Counted from the stretch's first letter, positions 21,000 through 30,600 are shown. The stretch is 64,000 nucleotides of DNA from an uncultured Candidatus Melainabacteria bacterium (GCA_934692665.1 CAKUUG010000004.1:1915-65914), one strand, 5' to 3'. Made by a program: numbers and translations. The notes: generated by a model not told the origin, from the sequence alone.

Positions 21000-21659
21000 C
21001 TAAAAATTAACAAACATTTTCAGTTTTCCGTTGTCATTTCTGTAATTTAGCCAACCTGTTTTTTGGGAATTTCCAAAATCCAAAACTTTAGTGAGTACCC
21101 AGTTTCCTTGAAATAACCAAGGAGCAATATGGCGAGGCATATCAGCAACGCCAAGCGAATTTGTTTGTTTTACCGGTGCAGAATACATTGTTCTATCGGG
21201 CTTTTGTACGTCTTTAAAAAAATACATTCCGTATTTTTTTCCATAATAATCAAAAAATTCTCTTGTTGTGTAATATTTGTTTTTGCTCTCTTCTACCCAA
21301 CCGCAAACAGGGCTTTCTGCTTGATTGAAACAAACCAAAGACCATCCTTCTGTTTCATCTATTGTGGACAAAAACGCCAATTTTTTGTCTTCTTTATATA
21401 CAACAAAAATATCATCCAGATTGCATTTTTGTTTGTTAATCGAGCATTGGGGTTCACTTTTGAAATCAAAATTTAGAGTTTCCAGTATTTTTCCATCATT
21501 TTTTGCTTCTTGCCTCATAATTAAAGGAGAATGAACGAGCGTAAAACCTACTCCTGCTCTTTTTATTGAACTCGTATAATAAGGCATAACCTCGATTTGA
21601 GCAAAAACAGAAGTCATTACAGCACTAAACAAAAATAAAAATAGAACGATTTTTTTCAT
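21000..21659 (-). CDS. hypothetical secreted protein (219 aa)
   Basis: Signal peptide MKKIVLFLFLFSAVMTSVFA. GWVEE and GWLNY hint at SH3b-like modules (weak). Confidence 0.55.
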   Translation of the reverse strand: MKKIVLFLFLFSAVMTSVFAQIEVMPYYTSSIKRAGVGFTLVHSPLIMRQEAKNDGKILETLNFDFKSEPQCSINKQKCNLDDIFVVYKEDKKLAFLSTIDETEGWSLVCFNQAESPVCGWVEESKNKYYTTREFFDYYGKKYGMYFFKDVQKPDRTMYSAPVKQTNSLGVADMPRHIAPWLFQGNWVLTKVLDFGNSQKTGWLNYRNDNGKLKMFVNF

Positions 21660-21726
21660 ACCAATATTATTATAAAATTTTTTGGATTTTGCAATTAGTA
21701 AAATATTTTTATTGTAGAATAAAAAT

Positions 21727-23001
21727 ATGATTGAAAGATATTCCAGAGAAAAAATGGCAAAAATATGGGAATTGGATTCAAAATTCTCGTATTATTTGGA
21801 TGTAGAATTGGCGGTTGTAAAAGCCCAAGTCGAATTGGGTAATTTTAGCGAAGAAGTCTACACGAACATAAAATCGACAGCAAAATTTGATGTTGAAAGA
21901 ATAAATGAAATAGAAGCTATAACCAGACACGATGTTATTGCTTTTCTCCAAAATGTGAACGAAAACGTCGGAAGTGTTTATTCGCCTTATATTCACAGGG
22001 GATTAACGAGTTCTGATGTTATAGATACAGCTTTTGCTTTGCAAATCAAAGACGCATCAAAAATAATAAATGAAGATTTGGATATTTTGATTGCGAATGT
22101 AAAAAATCTCGCTTTTAAACACAAAAATACAGTGTGCTTGGGAAGAAGCCATGGAATTGCCGCAGAGGTTATTACTTTTGGTTTTAAGTTATTGAATTTA
22201 TTAGACATGCTAAAAAGAGCCAAAGACCGCTTCAATTATGCACTGGAAGATATTTTGACAGGGCAGATTTCCGGCCCTTGTGGAACATATTCAAATATCA
22301 ATCCTCTGGTCGAAGAAAAAACCTGCAAGATTTTGGGTTTAAAACCTGCAAAAATTTCCACTCAAGTAATCGCTCGTGACAGGCATGCATTTTTTATTCA
22401 AGCAATAGCACTTATTGGTGCAGTTATTGAAAGTTTTTCTATAGAAATCAGACATCTGCAACGTTTTGAAGTTTGCGAAGTTGAAGAAGGCTTTTCATCA
22501 GGACAAAAAGGCTCTTCTGCTATGCCGCACAAAAAAAATCCGATAGCAAGCGAAAACCTCTCAGGATTGGCTAGGATTTTGAGAAGTAATACAATTTCTG
22601 CTATGGAAAATATTGCTCTATGGCATGAAAGAGATATTTCTCATTCATCTGTTGAAAGGGTAATTTTCCCTGATAGCACTATTTTGATTGATTATATGCT
22701 TAATCGCTTTAATAATGTGATTACAAATCTTGTAATAAAAGAACAAAATATGCTAAAAAACATAGACAAATATGGTGGAATTATTTATTCGCAAAGTTGT
22801 CTTTTAAAGTTAACAAACGAAAAAAGAACAAGAGAAGAAGCATATAAAATTGTCCAAAAAGAAGCGCTGGATGCATTTAATAACAATGGCAACTTTAGAG
22901 AAAATATGAAAAAATACTTGTCAGAAGAAGAGATAAACGAGTGTTTCAGTCAAAAAAGTTACCTTCAAAATATAGACAAAATTTTTAAGAGATTTGAATA
23001 A
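21727..23001 (+). CDS. purB: adenylosuccinate lyase
   Basis: Fumarate-lyase signature SSAMPHKKNP; N-terminal MIERYSREKM is typical of PurB. Confidence 0.95.
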   Translation: MIERYSREKMAKIWELDSKFSYYLDVELAVVKAQVELGNFSEEVYTNIKSTAKFDVERINEIEAITRHDVIAFLQNVNENVGSVYSPYIHRGLTSSDVIDTAFALQIKDASKIINEDLDILIANVKNLAFKHKNTVCLGRSHGIAAEVITFGFKLLNLLDMLKRAKDRFNYALEDILTGQISGPCGTYSNINPLVEEKTCKILGLKPAKISTQVIARDRHAFFIQAIALIGAVIESFSIEIRHLQRFEVCEVEEGFSSGQKGSSAMPHKKNPIASENLSGLARILRSNTISAMENIALWHERDISHSSVERVIFPDSTILIDYMLNRFNNVITNLVIKEQNMLKNIDKYGGIIYSQSCLLKLTNEKRTREEAYKIVQKEALDAFNNNGNFRENMKKYLSEEEINECFSQKSYLQNIDKIFKRFE

Positions 23002-23054
23002 AATCAAACTTCTTTTTGTGCATAATTACTATACGCATATAAAAAGGAACGCTT

Positions 23055-24362
23055 ATGCCTGAAATCAGACTATGCCCTCTAGTAACACAACATTTTAAAT
23101 CGCAAACAAAACCAACCGAATCAAAACCAGAATACAATTCTTCAAACCAACCAAAATTCGACAAAAAGAAACTGGCTTTTTCTACAATGGCGGCGATTGG
23201 CGTTGTGGGGCTTGCTTTTGGTATTGTACATCACAAGAAGAACAATTTAGAACAAATCCAAGAACCGCTGCAGACATTTGCAGGTGATTTTGAAAAAGGT
23301 GTAAAAAAATTCTTTAATAATGGAAATTCTATCAATGGTGTAAAACTAAATAAAGGCAGAGCAATAAACGTTGATGGTAGCGGTTTTTCTGGCGTTATGA
23401 AAACAATGAACAACAAAAATGAAAAAATTACGCTGGAATATGTTGATGGCTATGTTAAAAAATCAACAAAAAATGAAAAATTATTCAAGACTTTTGACTA
23501 TTCTTCTTTGGCTAATGGACAAAAAACAGTCGTAATAGATACATTTGATGAAACAGGAAATTCAACAAACAAAATCCAACAAAAATTTTACGATAATGGC
23601 AAAATTGCAAAAACAATAAGACCAAGAGCTACATCAGGCGATATTAGAGAAAAAGGCAATATAATACTGGAATTTTCAAAAGACGGAAAAATGCTCTCTG
23701 ATATTGAAACCAGAGAATGTATGGGAATCGAAAAAGCTATATTTTATTCTAAAGATGGTAAAACAATAGAAAGAGAATTAAAAAGAAAAGTCTCTGACCT
23801 AAACAACTACAGCTTTTATGAAGAAACATTGTTTGCAGACGGTTCGCCTTTAAGACAAAAAACTTGTCGCTATAGTATTGATTTTGGGTTTGATGTTGAT
23901 ATAAATACAGATACTTTTAAACAAACAATGAATACGCCTGATATTATAAAGTTGTTCAAAAATGGAAAACCTGATAAAGGAATAATTGCAGGAAGAAAAG
24001 ACGGTGCAATATTTTTAAAAGATTTGTCAGATGAAAAATCTCTGGATGATTTTAGGATTTCAAAATACTACACAGAACCAAGTTTGACTTTGAGCCGATA
24101 TGATGCTAAAACAGATACTTTTAAAAAACTAACTTTAGAAAATAACGAATGGACAAATGGTGAAAGCGAAAAAAACATTTCTCCTTTTTCTAAAAAAGAA
24201 TTGCTTCAAAAAGCAGATGAATTGGATGAAGCAATGAGAATTTTGAAAGAAGACAATATAATAGTAAACCAAAGAGGAAAAGAAGAAGGCGACTTTGATT
24301 TGTATCCGGAAAAATTCACAGCTCATATTCAAAAAATAAGAAATTATGCAACAAGTTTATAG
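23055..24362 (+). CDS. membrane-anchored hypothetical protein with beta-hairpin (MORN-variant/YD-like) repeats
   Basis: N-terminus MPEIRL..., TM segment LAFSTMAAIGVVGLAFGIV, then repeats such as KFYDNGKIAKTI, EFSKDGKMLSDI and FYSKDGKTIERE. Confidence 0.65.
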   Translation: MPEIRLCPLVTQHFKSQTKPTESKPEYNSSNQPKFDKKKLAFSTMAAIGVVGLAFGIVHHKKNNLEQIQEPLQTFAGDFEKGVKKFFNNGNSINGVKLNKGRAINVDGSGFSGVMKTMNNKNEKITLEYVDGYVKKSTKNEKLFKTFDYSSLANGQKTVVIDTFDETGNSTNKIQQKFYDNGKIAKTIRPRATSGDIREKGNIILEFSKDGKMLSDIETRECMGIEKAIFYSKDGKTIERELKRKVSDLNNYSFYEETLFADGSPLRQKTCRYSIDFGFDVDINTDTFKQTMNTPDIIKLFKNGKPDKGIIAGRKDGAIFLKDLSDEKSLDDFRISKYYTEPSLTLSRYDAKTDTFKKLTLENNEWTNGESEKNISPFSKKELLQKADELDEAMRILKEDNIIVNQRGKEEGDFDLYPEKFTAHIQKIRNYATSL

Positions 24363-24367
24363 TAATA

Positions 24368-25030
24368 TTATTTGTGTTTTTCAATAGTTTTTGAAAAATC
24401 GTTCACTTTTCCACTGAATTTTCTTTCTTTTTCTTTAAATAATGTTGTAGAATTGTCGATTTGGGTTTTTGCATCATCCATTTTTGTATTCATTTTAGAA
24501 AAATTATCTGATTTTAGTTTTGAAACAGAATCAAGCATGTTTTTTGTAGAATTTTTGTCTATTCCTTTGACAAATTTTTCTATTTCTTCTACTACATCAA
24601 CAAGCCCTATTGCCTCCAAAATCACATCATGGAGTCTGATATTGTCACCTGTTAGTATTCCTACCCTGCAATCACCATCCGGCGGCATTAATTCAATAGA
24701 TTTTGAACCTCCAAGCCCGTAAAACTCTACTCTTGCTACTGTTCCGTTGGGTATTTTCATGTCTTTTTTTGTCACAAGAATTTGTACGTTTATATGTTTT
24801 CCTGATGCTTTTAGTCTTCTTACATATCCTACATTAATGCCCATAAAACGAACCGGAGAGCCTTTTGTGATGCCATCAATATCTTTAAATTGAATAGTAT
24901 AGACATTAGGTTCTACAAACAATTTTGAATATCCAAAAATAGCTCCCGTAAATACAATCAATAAAAGAGTAGTCCAGACTATTATTTCAGCAACAATATA
25001 ACGTTTCATCATAATAAAATTATAAAACAA
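24368..25030 (-). CDS. MlaD/MCE-domain protein
   Basis: N-terminal TM followed by YTIQFKDIDGITKGSPVRFMGINVGYVRRL, the typical MCE core. The start may be M7/M8 (25012/25009). No mlaE/mlaF adjacent. Confidence 0.7.
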   Translation of the reverse strand: MFYNFIMMKRYIVAEIIVWTTLLLIVFTGAIFGYSKLFVEPNVYTIQFKDIDGITKGSPVRFMGINVGYVRRLKASGKHINVQILVTKKDMKIPNGTVARVEFYGLGGSKSIELMPPDGDCRVGILTGDNIRLHDVILEAIGLVDVVEEIEKFVKGIDKNSTKNMLDSVSKLKSDNFSKMNTKMDDAKTQIDNSTTLFKEKERKFSGKVNDFSKTIEKHK

Positions 25031-25069
25031 GAATTCTATTTTTTAATACGCTTATATTATTATTTTTTA

Positions 25070-25140
25070 TTTCAGTCGTAACTGTGGTTTTCTAAGTTTT
25101 CGCTTTCAGTATCTTTCAACTTCGTATAGCTTTATGCTTG
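25070..25140 (-). repeat. degenerate inverted copy of the CGAAG repeat family
   Basis: The reverse complement reads CATAAAGCTATACGAAG...GAAAGCGAAAACTTAGAAAACCACAGTTACGACTGAAA. This parallels CATAAACTGTGCGAAG...GAAAGCGAAGACCTTAGATAG...CGTTACGACTGAAG at 2772-3000. Confidence 0.6.
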
Positions 25141-25166
25141 ACAGTAAAAAATTTTAGATTTATAGT
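25138..25166 (+). promoter_or_regulatory. sigma-70-type promoter of the Cys-rich/csoR-like operon
   Basis: TTGACA (25138-25143), 17-nt spacer, TATAGT (25161-25166). Confidence 0.65.
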
Positions 25167-25172
25167 GTGACT

Positions 25173-25189
25173 ATACCCTAGGGGGGTGT
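25173..25189 (+). promoter_or_regulatory. CsoR/RcnR-family operator-like pseudo-palindrome
   Basis: ATACCC-TA-GGGGGGTGT lies 6 nt downstream of the -10. It is a G/C tract flanked by AT-rich inverted arms, as known for CsoR/RcnR-type operators. Confidence 0.6.
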
Positions 25190-25250
25190 TAAAACCTTAA
25201 TTAATAATATATTAATTAGAAGCACAAATAGTAAAAAATAGGAGAAAAAA

Positions 25251-25613
25251 ATGAAAAAATTACTTTTAGGATTATTATTCATGGGGTTGATGGTATTCAC
25301 TGCAAATGCTGCATCTGCTTGTGATTGTGGTTGTCAAAAAGAAAACTGTAAATGTAACTGTCACAAAGAACAAGTAAAAGATTGTACTTGCGATTGTCAC
25401 AATGGAAAAGAATGTACAAAAGAAGACTGCAACTGCACTTGCCACAAAAAATGCAAAAGATTCTGCAAATGTGCTTGTCACAAAAAAGCAATAATCAAAT
25501 GCAATTGTGATAAAAAATGTGATTGCGATAAAAAATGCGATTGCCAAAATGGTGGAAAATGCGACGAAGACTGCAGCTGCCAAAAAGACAATTGCAAAAA
25601 TTGTAAAGAATAA
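25251..25613 (+). CDS. exported cysteine-rich (CxC) metallothionein-like protein
   Basis: AGGAG RBS and Sec signal MKKLLLGLLFMGLMVFTANA/AS. By my count the mature ~99 aa contains 28 Cys, almost all as CxC, four of them as CxCH. Internal CDKKCDC repeat. Confidence 0.75.
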   Translation: MKKLLLGLLFMGLMVFTANAASACDCGCQKENCKCNCHKEQVKDCTCDCHNGKECTKEDCNCTCHKKCKRFCKCACHKKAIIKCNCDKKCDCDKKCDCQNGGKCDEDCSCQKDNCKNCKE

Positions 25614-25656
25614 TAATTGGTGATAATATTTCTATATACTGTTAAAAAGGTAAAAT

Positions 25657-25929
25657 ATGCACTGTGACAAACAAAAGACTTTAAGATTATTAAAAACCAC
25701 AAAAGGTCAAATAGAAGGTTTGATTAAAATGGTAGAAGAAAATAGAGATTGTATCGAAATCAGCAATCAGATTCTGGCTGCAAGTTCTATCCTCAAAAAA
25801 ATAAACCTCGATATTCTAAAAGGACATTTTTCTCATTGCATAAAAGACTCTTTTAATTCAGGAAACGAACAAGAAATTGAAGAAAAATTTGAAGAAATAA
25901 ATTCAATTCTTGCTAAAATATTAAAGTAA
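25657..25929 (+). CDS. CsoR/RcnR (DUF156) family metal-sensing transcriptional repressor
   Basis: LLKTTKGQIEGLIKMVEENRDCIEISNQILA...LKGHFSHC aligns with the B. subtilis CsoR core. The Cys/His/Cys ligand positions are conserved, and His2-Cys3 sits at the N-terminus. Confidence 0.88.
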   Translation: MHCDKQKTLRLLKTTKGQIEGLIKMVEENRDCIEISNQILAASSILKKINLDILKGHFSHCIKDSFNSGNEQEIEEKFEEINSILAKILK

Positions 25930-25953
25930 AAGGTGCATTAATCTGCACCTTTT
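25928..25953. terminator. terminator hairpin after the csoR-like gene
   Basis: AAAAGGTGCA-TTAATC-TGCACCTTTT. Confidence 0.7.
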
Positions 25954-26078
25954 GGCTTTTCTACCCAAACATAAGTTGCTTCTTTTATTTCGTTTATTTT
26001 TTTGTAATAAAAAGGATTTTGGGCATTTTTATCGTATTTTTTCATTTTTCTATATAAAAAGTGGAAGTATTTTATCAT
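25938..26078 (-). CDS. possible small ORF (46 aa)
   Basis: Below the track size cut-off. GGAGGA lies 6 nt upstream of the ATG at 26078: MIKYFHFLYRKMKKYDKNAQNPFYYKKINEIKEATYVWVEKPKGAD. The stop lies in the terminator loop. Confidence 0.3.
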   Translation of the reverse strand: MIKYFHFLYRKMKKYDKNAQNPFYYKKINEIKEATYVWVEKPKGAD

Positions 26079-26294
26079 ATTTCCTCCTTTCTAATTTTAA
26101 AAAGGGGTAATTTTATTATCGCAATTTTAAAATTTTTTAAATTACCTAATTTGCCAATTCATTTCTTGTCTATTTGGACTGTTCTTGTAAAATCAAATTT
26201 AGCACATATAATAGTCATCTACACCAGATATATGAATTTTGTTTATACCGGTAATTTTTTAGGCTAAAATAGACCTCAGGGGAGAATTTTACTT

Positions 26295-27449
26295 ATGAAA
26301 AAAACTCTAATTATAACTTCTATAATAATATTTGTGTGCGTTTTGACACGTTTTTCATTTACAAAATACAATGAAATCCAAAGAAATAAACAACTACAAG
26401 CTGCCTCGACTCCTGTTGTTGAACAAAATCAAGTAGAAGAAAAAGAAATATTCAAATCAATCGAAATCCCAGGTAGAGTACAATCAATGGACAAAGTTGA
26501 TTTGGTTGCCAGAATCGAAGGATACTTGCAAAAGAAACATTTTTCTGAAGGTGACTATGTAAAAAAAGGACAAGTTCTTTTTACAATAGAACAAACCCAA
26601 TATATAAATGCCCTAAACGATGCAAAAGCACAATTGCAAAATGCAAAAGCAACTCTATATAAAGCAACACGTGATTACGATAGAGGTGCAGAGTTGGTTA
26701 AAAAAGACTACATCTCAAAATCAACTTATGACGGATTATATGCGGACAAATTGGCTGCTCAAGCTTCTGTAAAATCAGCTTCTGCTGCTGTAGCGGAAGC
26801 CCAAAGAAGATTGGGTTATACAACAATAAAAGCTCCAACAGATGGCAGAATCGGTTCTCTTCAAATTCAAGAAGGAAATTATGTCACAATAACAAACGGT
26901 ACGATTGCAACAATCACAAAAACTAACCCAATTTATGTAAAATATTCTGTTGATTCAAAATTATTTAATGAAATAAGAGAACAAGATTTTATCCCAAAAA
27001 AAGGCAGCGAGCCGATAAAAGTGGAAGTTATTTTGCCTTCCGGACAAACTTATCCGATAAAAGGTGTCCAAGATTTTTGGGATAACCAAATTTCAAATAC
27101 AACAGGCACACTTGATTTTCGTGCAACATTTAAAAACGACGAAAACATCCTAATCCCCGGAGATTTTGTAAAAGTAAAAGTATATTCTAACCAAAAAAAC
27201 AATGTTTTGGTCGTTCCGATGGAATTTGCTCTACAAGATTCAACAGGCAGATATGTTTATGTTGTAGACAAAGACAACACCGTACAACAAAAATACTTTA
27301 AAGATAACGGACAATACGAAAAATACTGGATTATTGAAAGCGGATTAACAAAAGACGACAAATATATTTCGACCAATATAACAAAAATCATGCCAAAAAT
27401 GAAAGTAAAAACCGAAATAAAACAAAAAGAACAAAACCAAGAAAAGTAA
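26295..27449 (+). CDS. efflux RND transporter periplasmic adaptor (MFP/HlyD family)
   Basis: N-terminal TM, lipoyl/beta-barrel motifs (RVQSMDKVDLVARIEGYL, GYTTIKAPTDGRIG) and a coiled-coil hairpin. Confidence 0.9.
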   Translation: MKKTLIITSIIIFVCVLTRFSFTKYNEIQRNKQLQAASTPVVEQNQVEEKEIFKSIEIPGRVQSMDKVDLVARIEGYLQKKHFSEGDYVKKGQVLFTIEQTQYINALNDAKAQLQNAKATLYKATRDYDRGAELVKKDYISKSTYDGLYADKLAAQASVKSASAAVAEAQRRLGYTTIKAPTDGRIGSLQIQEGNYVTITNGTIATITKTNPIYVKYSVDSKLFNEIREQDFIPKKGSEPIKVEVILPSGQTYPIKGVQDFWDNQISNTTGTLDFRATFKNDENILIPGDFVKVKVYSNQKNNVLVVPMEFALQDSTGRYVYVVDKDNTVQQKYFKDNGQYEKYWIIESGLTKDDKYISTNITKIMPKMKVKTEIKQKEQNQEK

Positions 27450-27560
27450 ATTAAATTGACGAGATTTGATTTATAAAAGACTTTAAATAAGCGACGTTTC
27501 AAATCTTTGATTTGACAGGAGCGAATAAAATGTACGAAATAAAAGACTTCTGACCAACAA
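27446..27560 (+). repeat. single copy of the CGAAG repeat family between the MFP and RND genes
   Basis: GTAAATTAAATTGACGAGATTTGATTTA hairpin plus GCGACGTTTCAAATCTTTGATTTGACAGGAGC. The latter is identical over about 32 nt to 2845-2876. The copy ends with ATAAAATGTACGAAA, resembling the head motif. Confidence 0.8.
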
Positions 27561-27600
27561 GGCTTTTATGCAGTCCGTACCACAATTAAGAGGAAACAAT

Positions 27601-30600
27601 ATGCTAGATTCAAAATTTTTTATAGACCGTCCTAGATTTGCACTTGTTATATCAATTGTAATTATACTTGTTGGTGTAATAGCGATGACAAAACTTCCTC
27701 TCGAGCAGTATCCGAACGTTACTCCTCCACAAGTTAGGGTTAGTGCGACGTATATGGGTGCGAGTTCTGACGTTATTGAATCAACTGTTGCGGCTCCGAT
27801 TGAGTCTGCTGTAAACGGTGTTGAACACATGTTGTATATGACATCAGATTCAAAAGATGGCTCTTATTCGCTTAATATTTATTTTGAAGTAGGTTCTGAC
27901 CCTAATATGAACGTAGTAAACGTTCAAAACAAAGTTTCTTTAGTAACATCTCGTCTTCCGTCTGATGTATCTCGTTATGGTTTGACTGTAAAACAAAACA
28001 CAGGTGGCGGCGGTTTGTTGTATTATGGTATTTATTCGCCGGACAATTCTGTCGATTTGATTACTTTATCAAACTATGCTGCGATATATCTAAAAGATGA
28101 ACTATCACGTATTGATGGTGTTGCAGAAGTACAAGTTTTTGGTGGAAAAGACTATTCAATGAGAATTTGGCTGGACAGCCAAAAGCTTGCTGCATTGAAT
28201 GTTTCGCCATCAGAAGTATCAAATGCAATCAATGCCCAAAATGCCCAAGTTTCAGCCGGTGCTTTGGGTAATGAACCTATAATAGATAAAAAAGAAATGG
28301 CGATTACACTGAGAACTCCAGGACGTTTAAAAACTGTCGAAGAATTTGAAAATGTAATTGTTCGCTCTGGTGTAAACGGACAAGCAATAAAAGTAAAAGA
28401 TGTTGCTCGTGTTGAGCTTGCGGGTGAAAATTATGTAACAGAAGGAAAAGTTGACAATTCTGCAGTTGCTGTAATGTCTGTAACACAATTGTCATACGCA
28501 AATTCAATCGCAGTTGCTGATGCTTGTAACAAAAGAATGGAAAAACTTTCACAGAATTTTCCTGAAGGCATAGAATACAGCGTTTTCTACAATGCTACCG
28601 ATTCTGTAAAAGATTCATTGGAAGAAGTAGTAAAAGCGATTGTTCTTGCTGTATTTATCGTTGTTGCAACTGTATATTTATTCCTTGGCGATTGGAGAGC
28701 CAGTGTCATTCCGTTTGTTGCGATTCCTGTTTCTTTGATTGGTACATTTGCTGCTTTTGCTGCTTTTGGCTTTTCAATAAATACTTTGACTTTATTTGGA
28801 CTGGTGCTTGCGGTCGGTACGGTTGTTGACGATGCGATTGTTGTTGTTGAAAACGTACAAAGGCACATTGAATTGGGTCTAAAACCGAAAGAAGCAGCTA
28901 TTGTTTCTATGGAAGAAGTTTCGGGGGCTGTTGTTGCAACATCTCTTGTATTGATGGCGGTTTTTGTTCCTGTTGCGTTTATTCCAGGGATTACAGGAAA
29001 AATGTACCAACAATTCGCAATAACAATTGCGGTTTCAGTGGGTATTTCAACAGTAATGGCTTTGACATTGGCTCCTGCTTTGTGTGCAATTTTCTTGCGT
29101 TCTAAAGAAGATATGCCCCAAAGAAGTTTTTATGAAAAATATAGAGAACTTTATAATCACTACTGGGAAGATAAAAAAGAATTAAAAGGAATAGAATTAA
29201 TAAAAGCTTGGGGTGAATTTTTGGCTTATGGCTGGGATGTTTCTTTAAAGAAATTTGACAGATGGTTTGAAAGAACCAAAATGAGCTTTATTGATGGGGC
29301 AAAATATTTTATCGAAACACCAAAAAGAACCATCATAACTTATATTATTCTTGTTTTGATGTTGGTTGGAATATTCAAAATAATTCCTTCAGGATTTTTG
29401 CCGGAAGAAGATAACGGTTCTGTTTTCACTTCTGTATTGTTAAAAGATGGTACTTCACTTTCAAAAACAGGTGAATTAACTGAAGAATTGACTAATGAAT
29501 TTCTAAAAATTCCGGGAATAAAAAGTGTTCTTGCTTTGGGTGGTTTCAATGGTCAAAATAGTGCGATTTTGATTTCAAATCTTGATGAATGGAAAACAAG
29601 AGTTTCTGTTCCTTGGTATAAATATATCTTTTTATCAAAAGAAAAGAAACAAGCTTCTCACAAGAGTTTGCAAGATATTAAACAAAGTGCAAATCAATTG
29701 GCTGCAAATTATCCAAACGCCAGAATATACACATTCGTTCCTCCTGCAATCAGCGGTTTGTCTATGTTTGGCGGTTTTGAATACCAACTGTTAGACAAAG
29801 CTTCAAGAACTCCTGAAGAACTGTATTCTTTGGCTTCTACATTGATTAGAACAGCAAACCAAAATCCAAAATTGACAAGCGTTATGACACAATACAATCC
29901 GCAAACTCCACAATTAATGCTAAAAATTGACTATGCAAAAATTATGGCTTTAGGAATTAATGTGCAAGATGTTTATACTGCATTAGCTTCGCAATTCGGT
30001 ACATATTATGTAAACGACTTTAACTTGTACGGACGTGTATTCAGGGTTATGATGTCGGCTGATGAACAGTATCGTTCAGCAATCGATTCTATTGACAAAG
30101 TATATGTTAAAACAGGAGATGGAAAATCTGCTCCATTGTCGAGTTTGATTACAATAGAACCTACAACCGGTGCTTATGATATTACGAGATTTAATATGTA
30201 TCGTTCTATCCAAATCCAAGGTAACCCAGTAGCAGGTCAGTCTTCCGGTGATGCTTTGAAAACAATGGAAAAATTGTCTAAAGAAAACTTGCCAAAAGAT
30301 GCCGATTTTGCTTGGTCAGGAACATCTCTACAAGAAATTCAATCACAAGGACAAACAGGTATCGTTCTTGTTATGTCATTGGTGTTTGTTTATTTGTTTT
30401 TGGTTGCATTGTACGAATCTTGGATGTTGCCGGTTGGTGTAATGTTGATTGCACCTATTGCGATGTTGGGAGCGGTATTGTTCCAGTATGTCTTTGCAAT
30501 ATTTCCGCTATGGAGTCAGTTGTCACTTGATTTGTATGCCCAAATCGGTTTGATTATGTTGATTGGGTTAGCTGCAAAACAAGCAATTTTGATTGTTGAG

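Noticed and set aside
25275-25702. Three minus-strand ORFs overlapping the Cys-rich gene
   Set aside because: They are antisense shadows of a TGY/AAA-rich coding region, with no RBS. The plus-strand ORF has RBS, signal peptide, promoter and operator.
26061-26267. 68-aa plus-strand ORF
   Set aside because: It lies in the promoter/operator region of the efflux operon, has no RBS, and is AT-rich low-complexity sequence.
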